A stretch of DNA of 64,000 bases. It comes from Macrostomum lignano. Its lineage: Eukaryota. Below, in pieces: positions 24,296-37,556 of this stretch; within the stretch, counting starts at the first letter, position 1; the number at the start of each line of letters is the position of its first letter. Where the stretch lies: positions 1 to 64,000 of the forward strand of contig NIVC01002771.1 of the NCBI GenBank assembly GCA_002269645.1, written 5' to 3'. The notes beneath the pieces are model-generated. The model did no database searches, was not told the origin of the DNA, and saw nothing but the letters and a program-made list of their open reading frames with translations. A program made the position numbers and the translations under genes.

Positions 24296-26007
24296 AGACA
24301 TCACTGTTCACGACTGTTCAGGGAGACTTCGATATGCGCCTTAATAAAGCAGTACATACTGATTCCCCAACACACAGATTTCCCCATCGTAGTGCAGCTT
24401 GTTGATTCCCAGTCATTCGATTTATTCGATCACTACAAAAGCCTCCAAATCTATCTAATAGACTATGCTTGAGTAATAAATTACTTGTGAAAAAGTCTCT
24501 GGATAAGAAAATTGTTTTGCCAAATTAAAAAAGCATTCGACATTGTTCGAATTATTGCACAAGAATTCTGTTCACTTTGAACCGAGCAGAAAATTTGTGA
24601 CTCCAATATAACAATTTTTGGATGGAGATATGCAGAAATTCTGAGCATGAGAACTAAATATACTCAGGTTTAAGCTCGCCCAAGCCAAATAATAGTGGAA
24701 ATGGCCTTCATTGATCGAATATTGCACTTAGCTCTTACAACATAAATATCCTATATATATTGAGTCAGTTTGTGTCATGACATTTTCGCTTGCATCCATG
24801 CTACATGCTTTCAATAAAATGCGAGTCTTACCTGCAGCAGATACTCGCAGGTTGATTATTTAACTGTAAAACTGCTCCAGAAATTGCTTTTTAATATTGG
24901 AAAGCCTGCCGCGAGAATTGAGCTCAGCGCTTGTTGATGTGTAATGCCGTGTTGCTCACTTCAGATGCATTGATACCGAAGCTTATGCATTTTGGGGTTC
25001 ATTCGATTCTATGCAATACATTTTCTCAATATTCTGGCGAATTAATCAAATGAATTCAATTCAAAAGCATTTCACATAATGGTATCGCAATGAAAATATG
25101 CAAGAATTTTGACAGATTGTATTAAAGGGATAAATTGAAATTGACAATATAGCAAAGCCAGGGACTACTAAAGTAGAAGGATGCAACACGCGAAATCTAT
25201 GGAAAATGTTTTGAAGGCCACTCTCTCTACGCCCAAAATAATACACTACGGAGATAAGAAGTTTTCATTTTTCAGCACAAAAATTGTTATTTTTTCGATA
25301 GGAGGCAGATCCAATGTTCATCTTTTGATATGTTGTGTCTTTCTTATAAATCTATTTATATTCATAAAGCTTTTCGTAGTCATTCTTAGCTAACTGTACC
25401 AAAATGTGCAACAGAGATGATAAAATAGATTCATAAAACCAAAGATTCGAACTGTGCCATGCATTTTTATGATTTTTAGGCACAGGACATGTGCAATTGT
25501 GGCGCTCAAAAACTGCACTTAAACGGGAATTGAACTGCACTTTCTAGCTGCCCCTCACACATGGTAGAATTGGCGGATTCTATATTTCTTGCAATTCTCG
25601 GGGATCTTTGTTCTACAGTCCTCATAATTGTTTCGCAGGCGAAGGTAAACTGTGCTGAGAGCTGGAGTTGCGCAATAATTCTGGACTGGAAATTTCTAGG
25701 ACATACGCGCCCTCATACTTTTCGGTTGAGTAGTGCCATTTGAAGCTATAGTAAGAGACCTTACCGAATTAACCTTATATTTATACTGTATCTACAAAAT
25801 ACCCGAAAAATCCAACAACTCTCGATGAATATTTGTTGCACATGCATTTTACCTGGAGTTTTTTTGCGCTTTCTTGAGTTCTGTGTACCGGTACTTACAA
25901 TATGATAATAAGTTTTTGATAAGAATTCCTTGATCGTGGATTAGTTCAACGGTGGTAAGTTTTTTAAATAAATTTATACTGCTTTTTATTGGGAGGGGCA
26001 AGCTAGG

Positions 26008-27643
26008 GGTCATGCAGACACTTCGGTGCCAGACATTTCGGTGCATGCAGACACTTCGGTACCAGACATTTCAGTTCCAGACACTTCGGTGCCAGACATT
26101 TCGGTGCATGAAGACAGTTCGGTGCCAGACAGTTCGGTGCCAAACACTTCGGTGCCAGACAGTTCGGTGCCAGACACTTCGGTGCCAGACACTTCGGTGC
26201 CAGACACTTCGGTGCATGCAGACACTTCGGTGCCAAGATAGTTCGGTGCCAGACAGTTCGGTGCCAGACACTTCGGTGCCAGACATTTCAGTTCCAGACA
26301 CTTCGGTGCCAGACATTTCAGTTCCAGACACTTCGGTGCCAGACATTTCGGTGCATGCAGACAGTTCGGTGCCAGACAGTTCGGTGCCAAACACTTCGGT
26401 GCTAGACAGTTCGGTGCCAGACAGTTCGGTGCCAGACAGTTCGGTGCCAGACAGTTCGGTGCCAGACACTTCGGTGCCAGACACTTCGGTGCATGCAGAC
26501 ACTTCGGTGCCAAGATAGTTCGGTGCCAGACAGTTCGGTGCCAGACACTTCGGTGCCAGACATTTCAGTTCCAGACACTTCGGTGCCAGACATTTCAGTT
26601 CCAGACACTTCGGTGCCAGACATTTCGGTGCATGCAGACAGTTCGGTGCCAGACAGTTCGGTGCCAAACACTTCGGTGCTAGACAGTTCGGTGCCAGACA
26701 GTTCGGTGCCAGACAGTTCGGTGCCAGACAGTTCGGTGCCAGACACTTCGGTGCCAGACACTTCGGTGCATGCAGACACTTCGGTGCCAGACATTTCAGT
26801 GCCAGACACTTCGGTGCCAGACAGTTCAGTGCCAGACACTTCGGTGCCAGACATTTCAGTGCCAGACACTTCGGTGCCAGACATTTCAGTGCCAGACACT
26901 TCGGTGCCAGACATTTCAGTGCCAGACACTTCGGTGCTAGACAGTTCGGTGCCAGACACTTCGGTGCCAGACATTTCAGTGCCAGACACTTCGGTGCCAG
27001 ACATTTCGGTGCCAGACATTTCGGTGCCAGACACTTCGGTGCATGCAGACACTTCGGTGCCAGACACTTCGGTGCCAGACACTTCGGTGCATGCAGACAC
27101 TTCGGTGCCAGACATTTCAGTGCCAGACACTTCGGTGCCAGACATTTCAGTGCCAGACACTTCGGTGCCAGACAGTTCAGTGCCAGACACTTCGGTGCCA
27201 GACAGTTCAGTGCCAGACACTTCGGTGCCAGTCAGTTCAGTGCCAGACACTTCGGTGCCAGACATTTCAGTGCCAGACACTTCGGTGCCAGACATTTCAG
27301 TGCCAGACACTTCGGTGCCAGACATTTCGGTGCCAGACACTTCGGTGCATGCAGACACTTCGGTGCCAGACACTTCGGTGCCAGACACTTCGGTGCATCC
27401 AGACACTTCGGTGCCAGACATTTCAGTGCCAGACACTTCGGTGCCAGACATTTCAGTGCCAGACACTTCGGTGCCAGACAGTTCAGTGCCAGACACTTCG
27501 GTGCCAGACAGTTCAGTGCCAGACACTTCGGTGCCAGACAGTTCAGTGCCAGACACTTCGGTGCCAGACATTTCAGTGCCAGACACTTCGGTGCCAGACA
27601 TTTCAGTGCCAGACACTTCGGTGCCAGACATTTCAGTGCCAGA
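26008..27643. repeat. Minisatellite, 15-bp unit (CAGACACTTCGGTGC) with variants and a higher-order duplication of about 277 bp
   Basis: Visible array; it produces all the VPDTS/CQTLR/GTEVS ORFs. Confidence 0.97.
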
Positions 27644-27648
27644 GCAAT

Positions 27649-28660
27649 TGTGGAAGCTTTGCGAGAAGGTGGAGTTTCAGAGAATTTTTTCTTTTGCATG
27701 AATTTAAGTAGTATCTCAGTACCAGCCAAGAGACAGTACCAGTTTTAAAGCCCGCTGTGTGGCAAGCTAAAATATAGAAGAACCTTAAGAGGTCTGGAGC
27801 GTAAGAAGTACGCAATTATTTTGCAGCAAGACATAACAATGGCGTCGCTGTCTCGAGAGAACCTGCGGGAGCTTCCCTGGACAGAAGACAAATTCGAGGC
27901 CTGGATCGAGCGGTTTGAAGCCGTCTGCAGGAGATCCGGCGTGAAGGATGAGAAGGAGGAAGGGTTTTCGCCGAAGACAGACTTCTTCATAAGCCTCATG
28001 GGGAAACTGCCTACGACAAGCTGCGGAACCTGGTCGCTCCGGCGAAGCCAGAGAACAAGACCTTCAAATAATTGAAGAATGAAATTGAGAAGCATGTCGT
28101 GTCACAGAAGAAACTGGTTGTAGCTGAGCGCTACAAGTTGAACTTACTGCATGAAACAAGATGAATACGAATCAGCGGCAGATTTTGAAAACAGGTTACG
28201 TGCTCAAGCTGACCGATGTCAATTCGGAGATTTTTTACAGGAAGCTTTGAGAGACAGATTCGTGGCACGACTGCGCAGTGAGTCGGTGGTGAAAGAGCTG
28301 CTTATCAACCTGGAGCTGACGGTGGAGACTGCCACGGCGCAAGAGCAAGTAAGCAAGAGTGCCTTAAGCGCAATGGAAAGGTGGAAACAGTCAGTGCGAC
28401 TAAGGGCAGAGTACGACAACAAAAAAGGGCCCAAGCTCAGGGACGCACTCAGCAAAGCTTGCAATTTCTGTATGAAGAGGCACCCGCCAAAGACATGCCC
28501 CGCGTTTGGACCAAAATGTCGAAAGTGTGGGAAAATGAACCATTTTGAAGCTGCATGCAAGCTTAACAAGCCAGCTAGCTCACATGGAAGGATGGCATCC
28601 GGCTCCATCAAAGGAAAGCCGTCGATGCGAGTGTGCAGGAATCGAGGAGGATCAGGATAA
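27649..28660 (+). mobile_element. Truncated Ty3/Gypsy LTR retrotransposon: probable 5' LTR, PBS and frameshifted gag
   Basis: A TG...ATAACA segment (27649-27838) is followed by a TGGCGTCG PBS-like sequence overlapping the gag ATG (27839). The gag reads WIERFEAVC...AERYKL...ESAADFENRLRAQADRCQFG...LRDRFV and carries a double zinc knuckle, CNFCMKRHPPKTCPAFGPKCRKCGKMNHFEAAC. No pol is present. Confidence 0.9.
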
Positions 28661-30869
28661 ACCAGCCAAGGTTATCTTAAAGGGTGAAATATATATGGCT
28701 TTATATAGAAAATAAACATATGCGTACATGTACGTATGTATACGTGTACATTTTAGCTAATTCATAAACATATACATACATGTACATGCACGTATAAGCG
28801 CAGGCATATTTAAATGGACATAACATGTACATGTACGAGTAGGACCGATGCACGCGTCGCCACAGAAACAAAAGATTGCTGTTTACAATGCACGAGATCA
28901 GTACATGCATGCACCTAAAAATAAAGTTTTCCTACCTTTATGAATTTTATTCGTCACACAGGCTGTCTCTACCCAAGCAGCCACTGTAATAATAATAGTT
29001 AACTGTACTACAGTAAAGTTCTTGTCCTCTACCCTAAACTGAAAAAATCCTCGTTGTGCTTCTATTTATACATATGTGTGGCATACATTGAAAGTTACAA
29101 AGAGAAAAATACAAAATTGTTGCATTAATTAGCACGAAAAAGATACTCCTTGTCAATGACAAAATCTGAATTGGATAATTCCGACGGTTGCATGCATTTT
29201 TAGTCAAATAAAGGTTTCGTACTAGCAATAATAAAATAGTTAATGATAAAGTTAATCCTGTTGAAGTCGAGTAAAACTTTTAATGTCAAATACAATAAAA
29301 CAATTTTTTGACGAAATTGGTTTCTGACAGTTTTGTTTTGTTTTAACTAGTATTATTTACTACAAGTTTAAATGCTGTTCTTCCATCAGATCCGTTTTTA
29401 TTGTTGTGATAATTTTTTACTAACTAAATGTTTACTGAATAATGAATGCTGCATATATTTATTCAAGGATTCTGCCGCACACATTCGTCCAAGTCTCTTG
29501 TTTTAGAAAGAGTAGCAGCTTTATTAAGTGTTTTTTTCAGTTACATTTGATTCTGTATAGTTTAATACAATTTATAGTAGGCCTAACCTCTTTTGCCGAC
29601 TCGGGGCAGCTGCCACAGCCAGGAAGACGGTAGAATCCTCGGAATTTTCCGGCGCAAATCAGCAATTTGCCGGCGCACGGCGCACACTTCACTGCGCCGC
29701 GCGCATGGGCTCGGCGCATCGGCGCATGGCTCGGTGCATCGGTGCATGGCTCGGCGCATGGCGCACAAGGTACGTCAGTGTACGTGACAATATAATAATG
29801 ATATTGTATATTAAATGTCAATCAATCAATAAAATAAACGATAGTCGATACGATAGTCGTTATTTCCAATGTTGTTTCTATTTCAAATTTCATTAATCGA
29901 CTTAACAAACTTAACAAATTTGCGCCTTTCGCGGCTTTTGTTGCGTCTTTTTGCTTATATTTTGCAAATAGAAGCTATGATTGAACTGCTTGAACTTCCA
30001 TTGGTATTGATTCAATTTAGATACTTAATACTTGATGGTGCTTTTTTAAGTGTATTTTTCTCAGCGCATGGCGCACAAGTAATTTTTTTTTCTCGGCGCA
30101 CGCGGCGCACAACAAAAATTTTGATGGATGTTATTCCGGCGCACACGCTGCACCTTCCTGACCATGGGGCAGCTGTCCACTGGAAACGCCCGCACAGTCG
30201 TCGCTGGCCGTCTGCGGGAGGCCCGCTGAGTTTTAATTCCTGTTTTTTTACACCCCCTCTAAGCTTTTGTATAGTCTAGGCTAGAAAGTTGTCATAGTTA
30301 TAATAATTTTAGGCCTACCATTTTTTCTTTTTATTAGGGCCTAGGCCTATTTCTTTAATTTCATGCACATTTCTAGTTCTAGTAATAAACTTTTCACATA
30401 ATGATCGACTTTACACTGTAGTTATAAAAATTTCTAGATTTCATGGTGCAATTGTCCCATAATCAAACAATGAATAAACTCTTGCTAGATGCCAATGGTG
30501 CATTGGTGCAACAATGCAGACTGGCCTAGGCTGCTTTCTGCCAATGGCAAAACTAGAAATTTGTTGAGAGGGGCAGATTCTAGAGTGTAAAGCCCTAGGG
30601 GGATACAAGGGTGGCTCTATACTTTGGCAAAAATGTGCTTGGTCCCCCTTTTGGCTTTTGATTTTTTTGGGTACAATTACAATTTACAAAGTTGTACTTT
30701 GTATAGTAGAACTATGTAGTTGTGGCTTTTTAAGCTGCATAAAATGTGTTCAAATTAGGCAATCTTTTACTTTACTGCATTTAATAATTTAACCATTTTT
30801 TTAATTTCAGAATATTAAGATAGTAGGAGGATAAAGGTAACTGTCTTTAAGTGTTAGGTAAATCAATTA

Positions 30870-31050
30870 GTTAAGTAATAATAAGCCACCCAGTATAAGA
30901 AGTTGCCAAACTCCTTTCTAGGAAAGAGCTGGCGCCAGAGATACTCGTTGAGATAGATTTCAAACAGAGCTTCAGAAGTGCCATGCATCGCCCAGAATTT
31001 TGCCTTGACATGGGCCTATGACCAGCAGCTGTGTAGCGTGACATCAATGT
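30870..31050 (-). mobile_element. Merlin (IS1595/ISXO2-like) transposase C-terminal relic
   Basis: The minus frame reads LHSCWS*AHVKAKFWAMHGTSEALFEIYLNEYLWRQLFPRKEFGNFLYWVAYYY, matching the recalled Merlin pattern E-x-x-W-S-x-x-K...GTS...YL-x-E-F-x-WR...FGN; it has an in-frame stop. Confidence 0.7.
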
Positions 31051-33834
31051 TGCATAGCTTGGCTGCTAGCCTTAGATTGGCCTCAGGCATAATTGTAATG
31101 GGTGCAGAGGGCCTTCCAGCCATTAGTAAATTGTTTGAAATGAGAAAGAAAAGTAAAAAATTATTAAACATAGACTATTAATGGATGTCATAGTAAAGTA
31201 AAAGATTGCCTCAAATTAAACATTTGAAAATGCAATTTTGATTAACAAATATTTATTTTTTATGATATGATTTAGAAGTCATATGACTTATATTAGGCCA
31301 AATAAACTCTATGCTAAAGATGACATGTTGCAAGACCTAAATGAGATAAGAGTTATGATAAGATTCTTGTCTTAGTAATCTTAGGTTTTTGACAAAAATT
31401 AGATAATTCTAATAAGATTAAGATTTTTAATTAAAAAAAATGGTGCCAAAGGAAAAAATTAAAAATCATATAATCCAATATAATCTATAGTCAGGAAGGT
31501 ATCCTGTATGCCAGCCACAGTTTAGAACAATCTTTTTGTATCCTATAGTCCATTTTGTTATAGTTAATGCCAGAAATGTCCAGCATAATTCTAGACAAAA
31601 ATTAGCCTTGGCATAAATGCTTGGCATAAAAATTAATAGAAAATTGGATTGGCACAAATGGCTGGCATAAAAACAATTATAGATGATATTTTGGCACATT
31701 TCCCTGAAAAGCAATAGTATATTGTCATTGACTGTGGTTGATTATGGTCATTATTGACCATAGCTTATTTCAAGTATTTGAATACAACAGAGAATTTAAA
31801 TACCTAAATGGTCAAGTATTTGTAAAAAAGTAAAACAAAGTTTAAAGTAAAAAAATTATGCTGTAACGCAAAAACTTCATTATTATCTTTTTAATATTTA
31901 TATGCTTATAAAGTTTTAATTGTAATATATAAATGGAAACATAAATAAATATTTTTAAAAGAAAATGTTTGTACAAATGGGCTGCATCTCGATCCCCCCC
32001 TTAGTCTAGGCATTATGCCTAGCATGTGGTACATAAGCCTAGCATAAGTCTGGTGTAAAAATGATGAAATTTCATCATTTTTCCTCTGGCATAACTCTAA
32101 GCATAAAACAGACTATGGTAATTGTATCCCAGAAAAAAATGACCACTTTTTTGGTATATACCAATATATGCTGAATACATTACCTTATAACAAAGCTTCA
32201 AATTGGTATTTTTTTAACAGTACTACTAGACTAATGATTTTAGGTATTTAATTTCAATTAGATGAAGTTAAAGACTCAAAATAATAATTATATTTGTTTA
32301 ATGTTTTATATAAATAAAGAAAAAAAACAAAAGTTGTAAATTTTTGTTGAAATTTCAAATTGTTACCTTGTAAAGAACACAAAAAACTGTTTTATATTAA
32401 ATAGTTATCAAATTGTACAATTATAATGATGGACAACTATTGTGACTATTATTGATAACATAATTTTTTTTAATTTTGGGTGCATGTCATACAAAAATAT
32501 TATAATATAAAATATGTATACCAAAAGCCTAAAATCACTTTTTGTATATCAATACAAATGCAAAATTTCTTGAGTGTGCCTTAAAATTTTTTGGTATATA
32601 TGCCTTCTTTCTGACTAAGGTATGCCAGAATTTTCTAGAGTGCATTAGCCTTTCATAGTTCATTGGCATACATATTTGATGTGCTTGAATCTTAAAAAGT
32701 TGTATTTGGCATAGAAAAAGTGGTTTACAAAGCTATTTAAAGATAGGTGCAAGTATCTTCTAGTTTCTATAATGAAAGGTAAAACATTTTGAAGAAAAAG
32801 GTAGTGGTTAAGATCTGATGAGAGTACAAATGAAAAAAAAATTATTTGAGTCTAATTGATAGTGCTATTTTATAAAATTTAGGTACTAAAACTTTGTGTA
32901 ATTGCAAGATGTTGTAAAGAGTAATAGAGTAATAGACATGACACTTTTTTATTATAATGTACATGTAAACATCAAGTATAATAACAAAAGGGTCCATGAT
33001 TGTCATAACATAAAAAAGGTCCTTTATTGTCATAGTCATATATGCCCAACTTCAAAATTTTACCTGGCTATGTGACTTACTTTTTGACCAAAAATGTGAC
33101 TTATATGAAAAAACCCTAAAGCAAATTTTATGTAATTTTGGATAAATAGAAAGAGTAACTATAACTATATTATTAAGGTTAAATGCTTCATAATCTAATT
33201 AGTATTATGTATATGTATTTTTGGATTAGCATTTTTGCAACTTACCTTGGCCAGACCTTTTGCCACCTGACCAAATTGGCCAGGTTGGCTGGGTGTTGGG
33301 CGTGTATGATCATAGTGCAAAAGAAAGGTTGCATAACTTAGAAATTTTGGTATACATGACAATCACATTTCCAATTGTTAGTGTACTTGGCATATACCTA
33401 AAATTTTGCCTAAAGAAACTGGCCTACACTGGATACCTTCTTGACAGTAGAATATTAAAAAAGATAATATATATAAATTTTTTTAAAATTGATATAAAAT
33501 TTCTTCATAATCTTTTCTTTTGGCTTTATAAGATTTATTATCACAATATTCTGCAAAAACAATTTTTCATTTTTTAATTTAATAATTGCAGTGGTTGCTA
33601 GTTAAATTGGTAATAAGCCATTTTGGTGTCAGATTTCATCTAGTTTGTGATAGTCTCAGTTGATTTGTTGACATCATTGTTTGTATATGCAATTATGTAT
33701 AAAATTATAATTTATAGTTTTGAGTTTAGTTTTTGAATTGAAAGTTATTATTGATATATAGTTTGCTTTGTTTTTCTCCTTTCATTTCTGCCTATGAAAT
33801 AGTTTAAAAAGCAAATAAAAATGCAATTCTTGTT

Positions 33835-34540
33835 ATCCTGCCATCCTATTCAGCCAAATGTGATAGCTTTCTAAGTCATTGTTAGTATAGATTTGCTGCC
33901 AATAAATATAGATGTCCTCTGTGCACCAGCAATTGACTTCTTTCAGCTAATCAAGTGCTTTTGATATATTGACATAGATCTACTTGTCTCTGGTTAGCAA
34001 ATTGATTAGCAAAGGCTTATAGGTAAAGAAAAGTGAATACAATGCAGTTGCTGGGCAAGAAGGCAAAGGCATCAATTTTCAAATGAAGTGCTATGTGCCT
34101 TTGTCTTGATTGTATGAAAGTTGAAGACTGAAAGACTCTATTCATACATGCGCAACACTCAACAGTTGGCCAATCCGGCTGACCGATTTGGCGGCCAACC
34201 AAGGAAGTTGCAAAAATGCCCACTCAAAAAAATGCAAAAGGAGTAGTACTAAATAGCTGACGAGGCATTTTGGCTTAATAAGACAGTCTTAGTTACTCCT
34301 GCCGTTTACCCAAAGTTGCGTTAATTTTGCTTTAGTGTTTTTTACATGTAAGTCGCATTTTTGGCCAAAAACTATGTCGCATTTTTGTTAAAACTAAGTT
34401 GCATGGCTGACTGAATTTTGGAGGTTGAGCACGTATGACAGTCTATGCTATATAGCTTGCATCCAATGGAAGTTCCAGCCCATGGCATGCACCTATGGAA
34501 ACTTTTGCTAGATTGCATTCAATATAGCTTTCTCAAAATA
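33835..34540 (-). mobile_element. Mutator-like (MULE) transposase relic, interrupted
   Basis: Collinear motifs on the minus strand: YFEKAILNAI*QKF (DFExA region), GWNFHWMQAI* (GCxFHWxQA) and QIYTNNDLESYHIWLNRMAG* (RTNNxxEGWHxxLN). Confidence 0.75.
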
Positions 34541-34559
34541 TAGTACAAACAAAGTAAAT

Positions 34560-34669
34560 CCAGTAAACAAAGAATTGGTTTTTAAGACAATGTGCTTTTT
34601 TATTGTTTTCCATAAACTATTTTTGCTCCTTGCTTATTGGAGGCCCCAAAAGGGGCACTAGATTGCTAG
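34560..34669 (+). mobile_element. Helitron-type 3' terminus
   Basis: GCCCC-AAAA-GGGGC hairpin (34643-34656) followed by ACTAGATTG and CTAG|T; homologous to 2180-2290. Confidence 0.65.
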
Positions 34670-35864
34670 TCATGAACTAAGCATGGCTCTAGATCATCAA
34701 TATCAATATCGTTTCAATCTTGTTGATCCTGCTGATAGTCACTATGCATATCATGCTATTTTTCAATTAGCCGTATAAGTAAAAAAGAAGTATCTATAAT
34801 AGTTAAGTAGATTTAGTAATTTAGAGCTAGCATGTTTATATGCTTATAATATACACAGATAATTACATTAGTTATCATTTTAATATTATTTTTGATATTT
34901 TGATTAAACCTATACCTATAGGAAGCTAAAGAAATTGTTCATCTATGTTAGAATTTATTTTTTTATAAAACTTGTATGTCAGTATCTTATGTACCAATTT
35001 AAACAAGTATATGGTTTTATATATTCAAAAAAAAATTTCATTTCATTAAATCTTTTTATTGGTTATAAAAAGCTAAAAACAATTTTTAGTCTAGATTGCA
35101 TATAATTTTTATAGTATAAATACTCATATTCAAGATAAAAGTTATTGTGCTTTATTTATATTGAATATATTTGTAACAATATTTTGATATGAAAGACTTC
35201 AACTTAATATATGCCATATTATATAATATATGCAAATTTTGTAAAAAGGCTTTAACTTACTCTAAGTTCTTTTCATGTGTGCTATTGCTTTTATTGTATT
35301 TTTAAATGCCCATTGAAAACAAGGGTTAATCTTGAAAGTAAATGGACAAAAAAACTTTTGGTTCGTTGGTTATTTTACTGCAGTTTAACTCTCAAAAGGC
35401 AAATTTACATTAATTAACTACACACTTTGTAGGCTAATTTTGGTTAACAAACTTGTAAATTTATGTAAATTGACCCTCCATAAATTAAAGTAATGTTTAT
35501 TTACCTAAAATCACATTAATTAACCTTCCAGCTATTAGTTAATTAAACCCCAATATTAAACCTTGTTTTCAATGGGTGATTAACATAACTAGATAGCCTT
35601 TTATAAATAGACATTAGGCTATTGTCTATACTGTCACAATAATACACTTTATCATATATTATTAATTAGTGACTAAAATGAGGGTTTATTATTTTGATAT
35701 TGAATATAATACAAAAATTTTTTATTCTTGTAATCTTGTTCCATCTTTAAAATTATTAATAGGATTTTTTAAATAACATTTTTCTTTCAATCTGCAAGGA
35801 CTACTTCCAGTAGTATAGCAATTCTAAAGCACATTTTTCGCCAAAAAAATTAAAAATTGATGTC

Positions 35865-36215
35865 ATGCCGCCCAAAGTTGCAAAGAAAGTCGATTCAAAA
35901 AAGGCCGCCCCGGCTAAGAAGAAGGACGCCGGATCCAGCGGCGGCAAGGCCAAGAAGAAGAAGTGGTCCAAGGGAAAAGTTCGCGACAAGCTCAACAACA
36001 TGTGCCTGTTCGACCAGGCCACCTATGACAAGCTGTACAAGGAGGTGCCAGCCTACAAGCTCATTACGCCGTCTGTTGTTAGCGAGCGGCTGAAAATCCG
36101 AGTGAGCCTGGCCAGGGCTGCCCTGCTGGAGCTCGACCGCAAAGGCCTAATCAAGCCGGTCTCTAGGCACCACTCGCAGTTCATCTACACTAAAACTACC
36201 AAGGCTGAGGCTTGA
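35865..36215 (+). CDS. RPS25: 40S ribosomal protein S25 (eS25), intronless CDS
   Basis: MPPK...[20 protein letters not shown]...[40 protein letters not shown]; intact 116-aa ORF with AATAAA at about 36342. Confidence 0.98.
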   Translation: MPPKVAKKVDSKKAAPAKKKDAGSSGGKAKKKKWSKGKVRDKLNNMCLFDQATYDKLYKEVPAYKLITPSVVSERLKIRVSLARAALLELDRKGLIKPVSRHHSQFIYTKTTKAEA

Positions 36216-36514
36216 ACCTGTTAGCCAAGCCAACCAGTAGTTTCAGTCTGATGATGATAGCTGATCGGTGTGGACAGTTGTGTGTGTGTGTTAACTATGC
36301 CAAGTTATTCCACACTATTCTCAATACGCGCGGCTGCTTTAAATAAACACGTGTAGTTGTTGATCGGCAATTTCTTGGCATTGTCTTCTGGATTAAATTG
36401 GCTTGGATGGGCCGGTTTTTATGGTGTTCGGTATTTTTGATGCACTACTTTTGCTTACATCTAGTTTAATGGGAGGTCCTGGCACGGGTTTTGCTATCAC
36501 TCCTCGGGTCTTTA

Positions 36515-37128
36515 GGGGTCACTGCCCTCCCTAGATTCTTCAATAGGGGTCACTGCCCTCTGCCCTCCCTAGATTCTTCAATAGGTCACTGCCATCTCCC
36601 TAGATTCTTCAATAGGGGTCACTGCCATCTCCCTAGATTATTCAATAGGGGTCACTGCCATCTCCCTAGATTATTCAATAGGGGTCACTGCCATCTCCCT
36701 AGATTATTCAATAGGGGTCACTGCCATCTCCCTAGATTATTCAATAGGGGTCACTGCCATCTCCCTAGATTATTCAATAGGGGTCACTGCCATCTCCCTA
36801 GATTCTTCAATAGGGGTCACTGCCATCTCCCTAGATTATTCAATAGGGGTCACTGCCATCTCCCTAGATTATTCAATAGGGGTCACTGCCATCTCCCTAG
36901 ATTATTCAATAGGGGTCACTGCCATCTCCCTAGATTATTCAATAGGGGTCACTGCCCTCTCCCCAGATTCTTCAATAGGGGTCACTGCCATCTCCCTAGA
37001 TTATTCAATAGGGGTCACTGCCATCTCCCTAGATTATTCAATGGGGGGTCACTGCCATCTCCCTAGATTCTTCAATAGGGGTCACTGCCCTCTCCCCAGA
37101 TTCTTCAATAGGGGTCACTGCCCTCTCC
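36515..37128. repeat. 33-bp minisatellite (GGGGTCACTGCCATCTCCCTAGATTATTCAATA)
   Basis: Visible tandem array of about 18 units. Confidence 0.96.
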
Positions 37129-37295
37129 CGGGTTACAATCCTCTTCCCGAGTGTTTTAACGTAGATCGCTTCTCCCCTAAAGTTGAATAAGGTTAGCCTA
37201 TTAATTCATCTACCGTTCATGCTCGTCAGCCTTCCACAGCTGTGCCTAAAAGTTTAATTGAAAGAATCAACCAAGCAGTCAGTCAGCTATCAACC

Positions 37296-37556
37296 ATGCA
37301 GTCGCTATTCGCCGTCGCCTTCCTAGCCGTTATCTTCGTCGCCGTGCTGCCATCGGGCGTTGATTGCATCACTCTCAATGACGCCCGGGCTGACCCAGAC
37401 AGGTACATCCTGTACGACACCACCCAGTTCCACATTGGCATGCACTGCGGCATCTCGCTGGTGATTTGCTACGCCATTCTCTGCGCTATCTGGCTGACCA
37501 TTATGGGCGTTATCTACGCCACCGGCGGCAAGAAGATGCGCCGTCAGGCTAGCTAA
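37296..37556 (+). CDS. Small type-I membrane protein, 86 aa, unknown family
   Basis: ACC-ATG start, signal peptide MQSLFAVAFLAVIFVAVLPSGVDC, short ectodomain, TM segment GISLVICYAILCAIWLTIMGVIYAT and basic tail KKMRR. GC-rich codon usage like RPS25; CCTTCCACAG acceptor at 37239. Confidence 0.75.
   Translation: MQSLFAVAFLAVIFVAVLPSGVDCITLNDARADPDRYILYDTTQFHIGMHCGISLVICYAILCAIWLTIMGVIYATGGKKMRRQAS

Noticed and set aside
25952-27729. ORFs up to 409 aa, including Cys-rich CQTLR/CLAP and acidic GTEVS repeats
   Set aside because: The 15-bp minisatellite is open in multiple frames on both strands, with no signal peptide, splice context or codon-level selection.
35865-36215. RPS25 as a processed pseudogene
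   Set aside because: The ORF is intact, with a genomic AATAAA but no poly(A) tail or TSD; neighbouring genes are also intronless.
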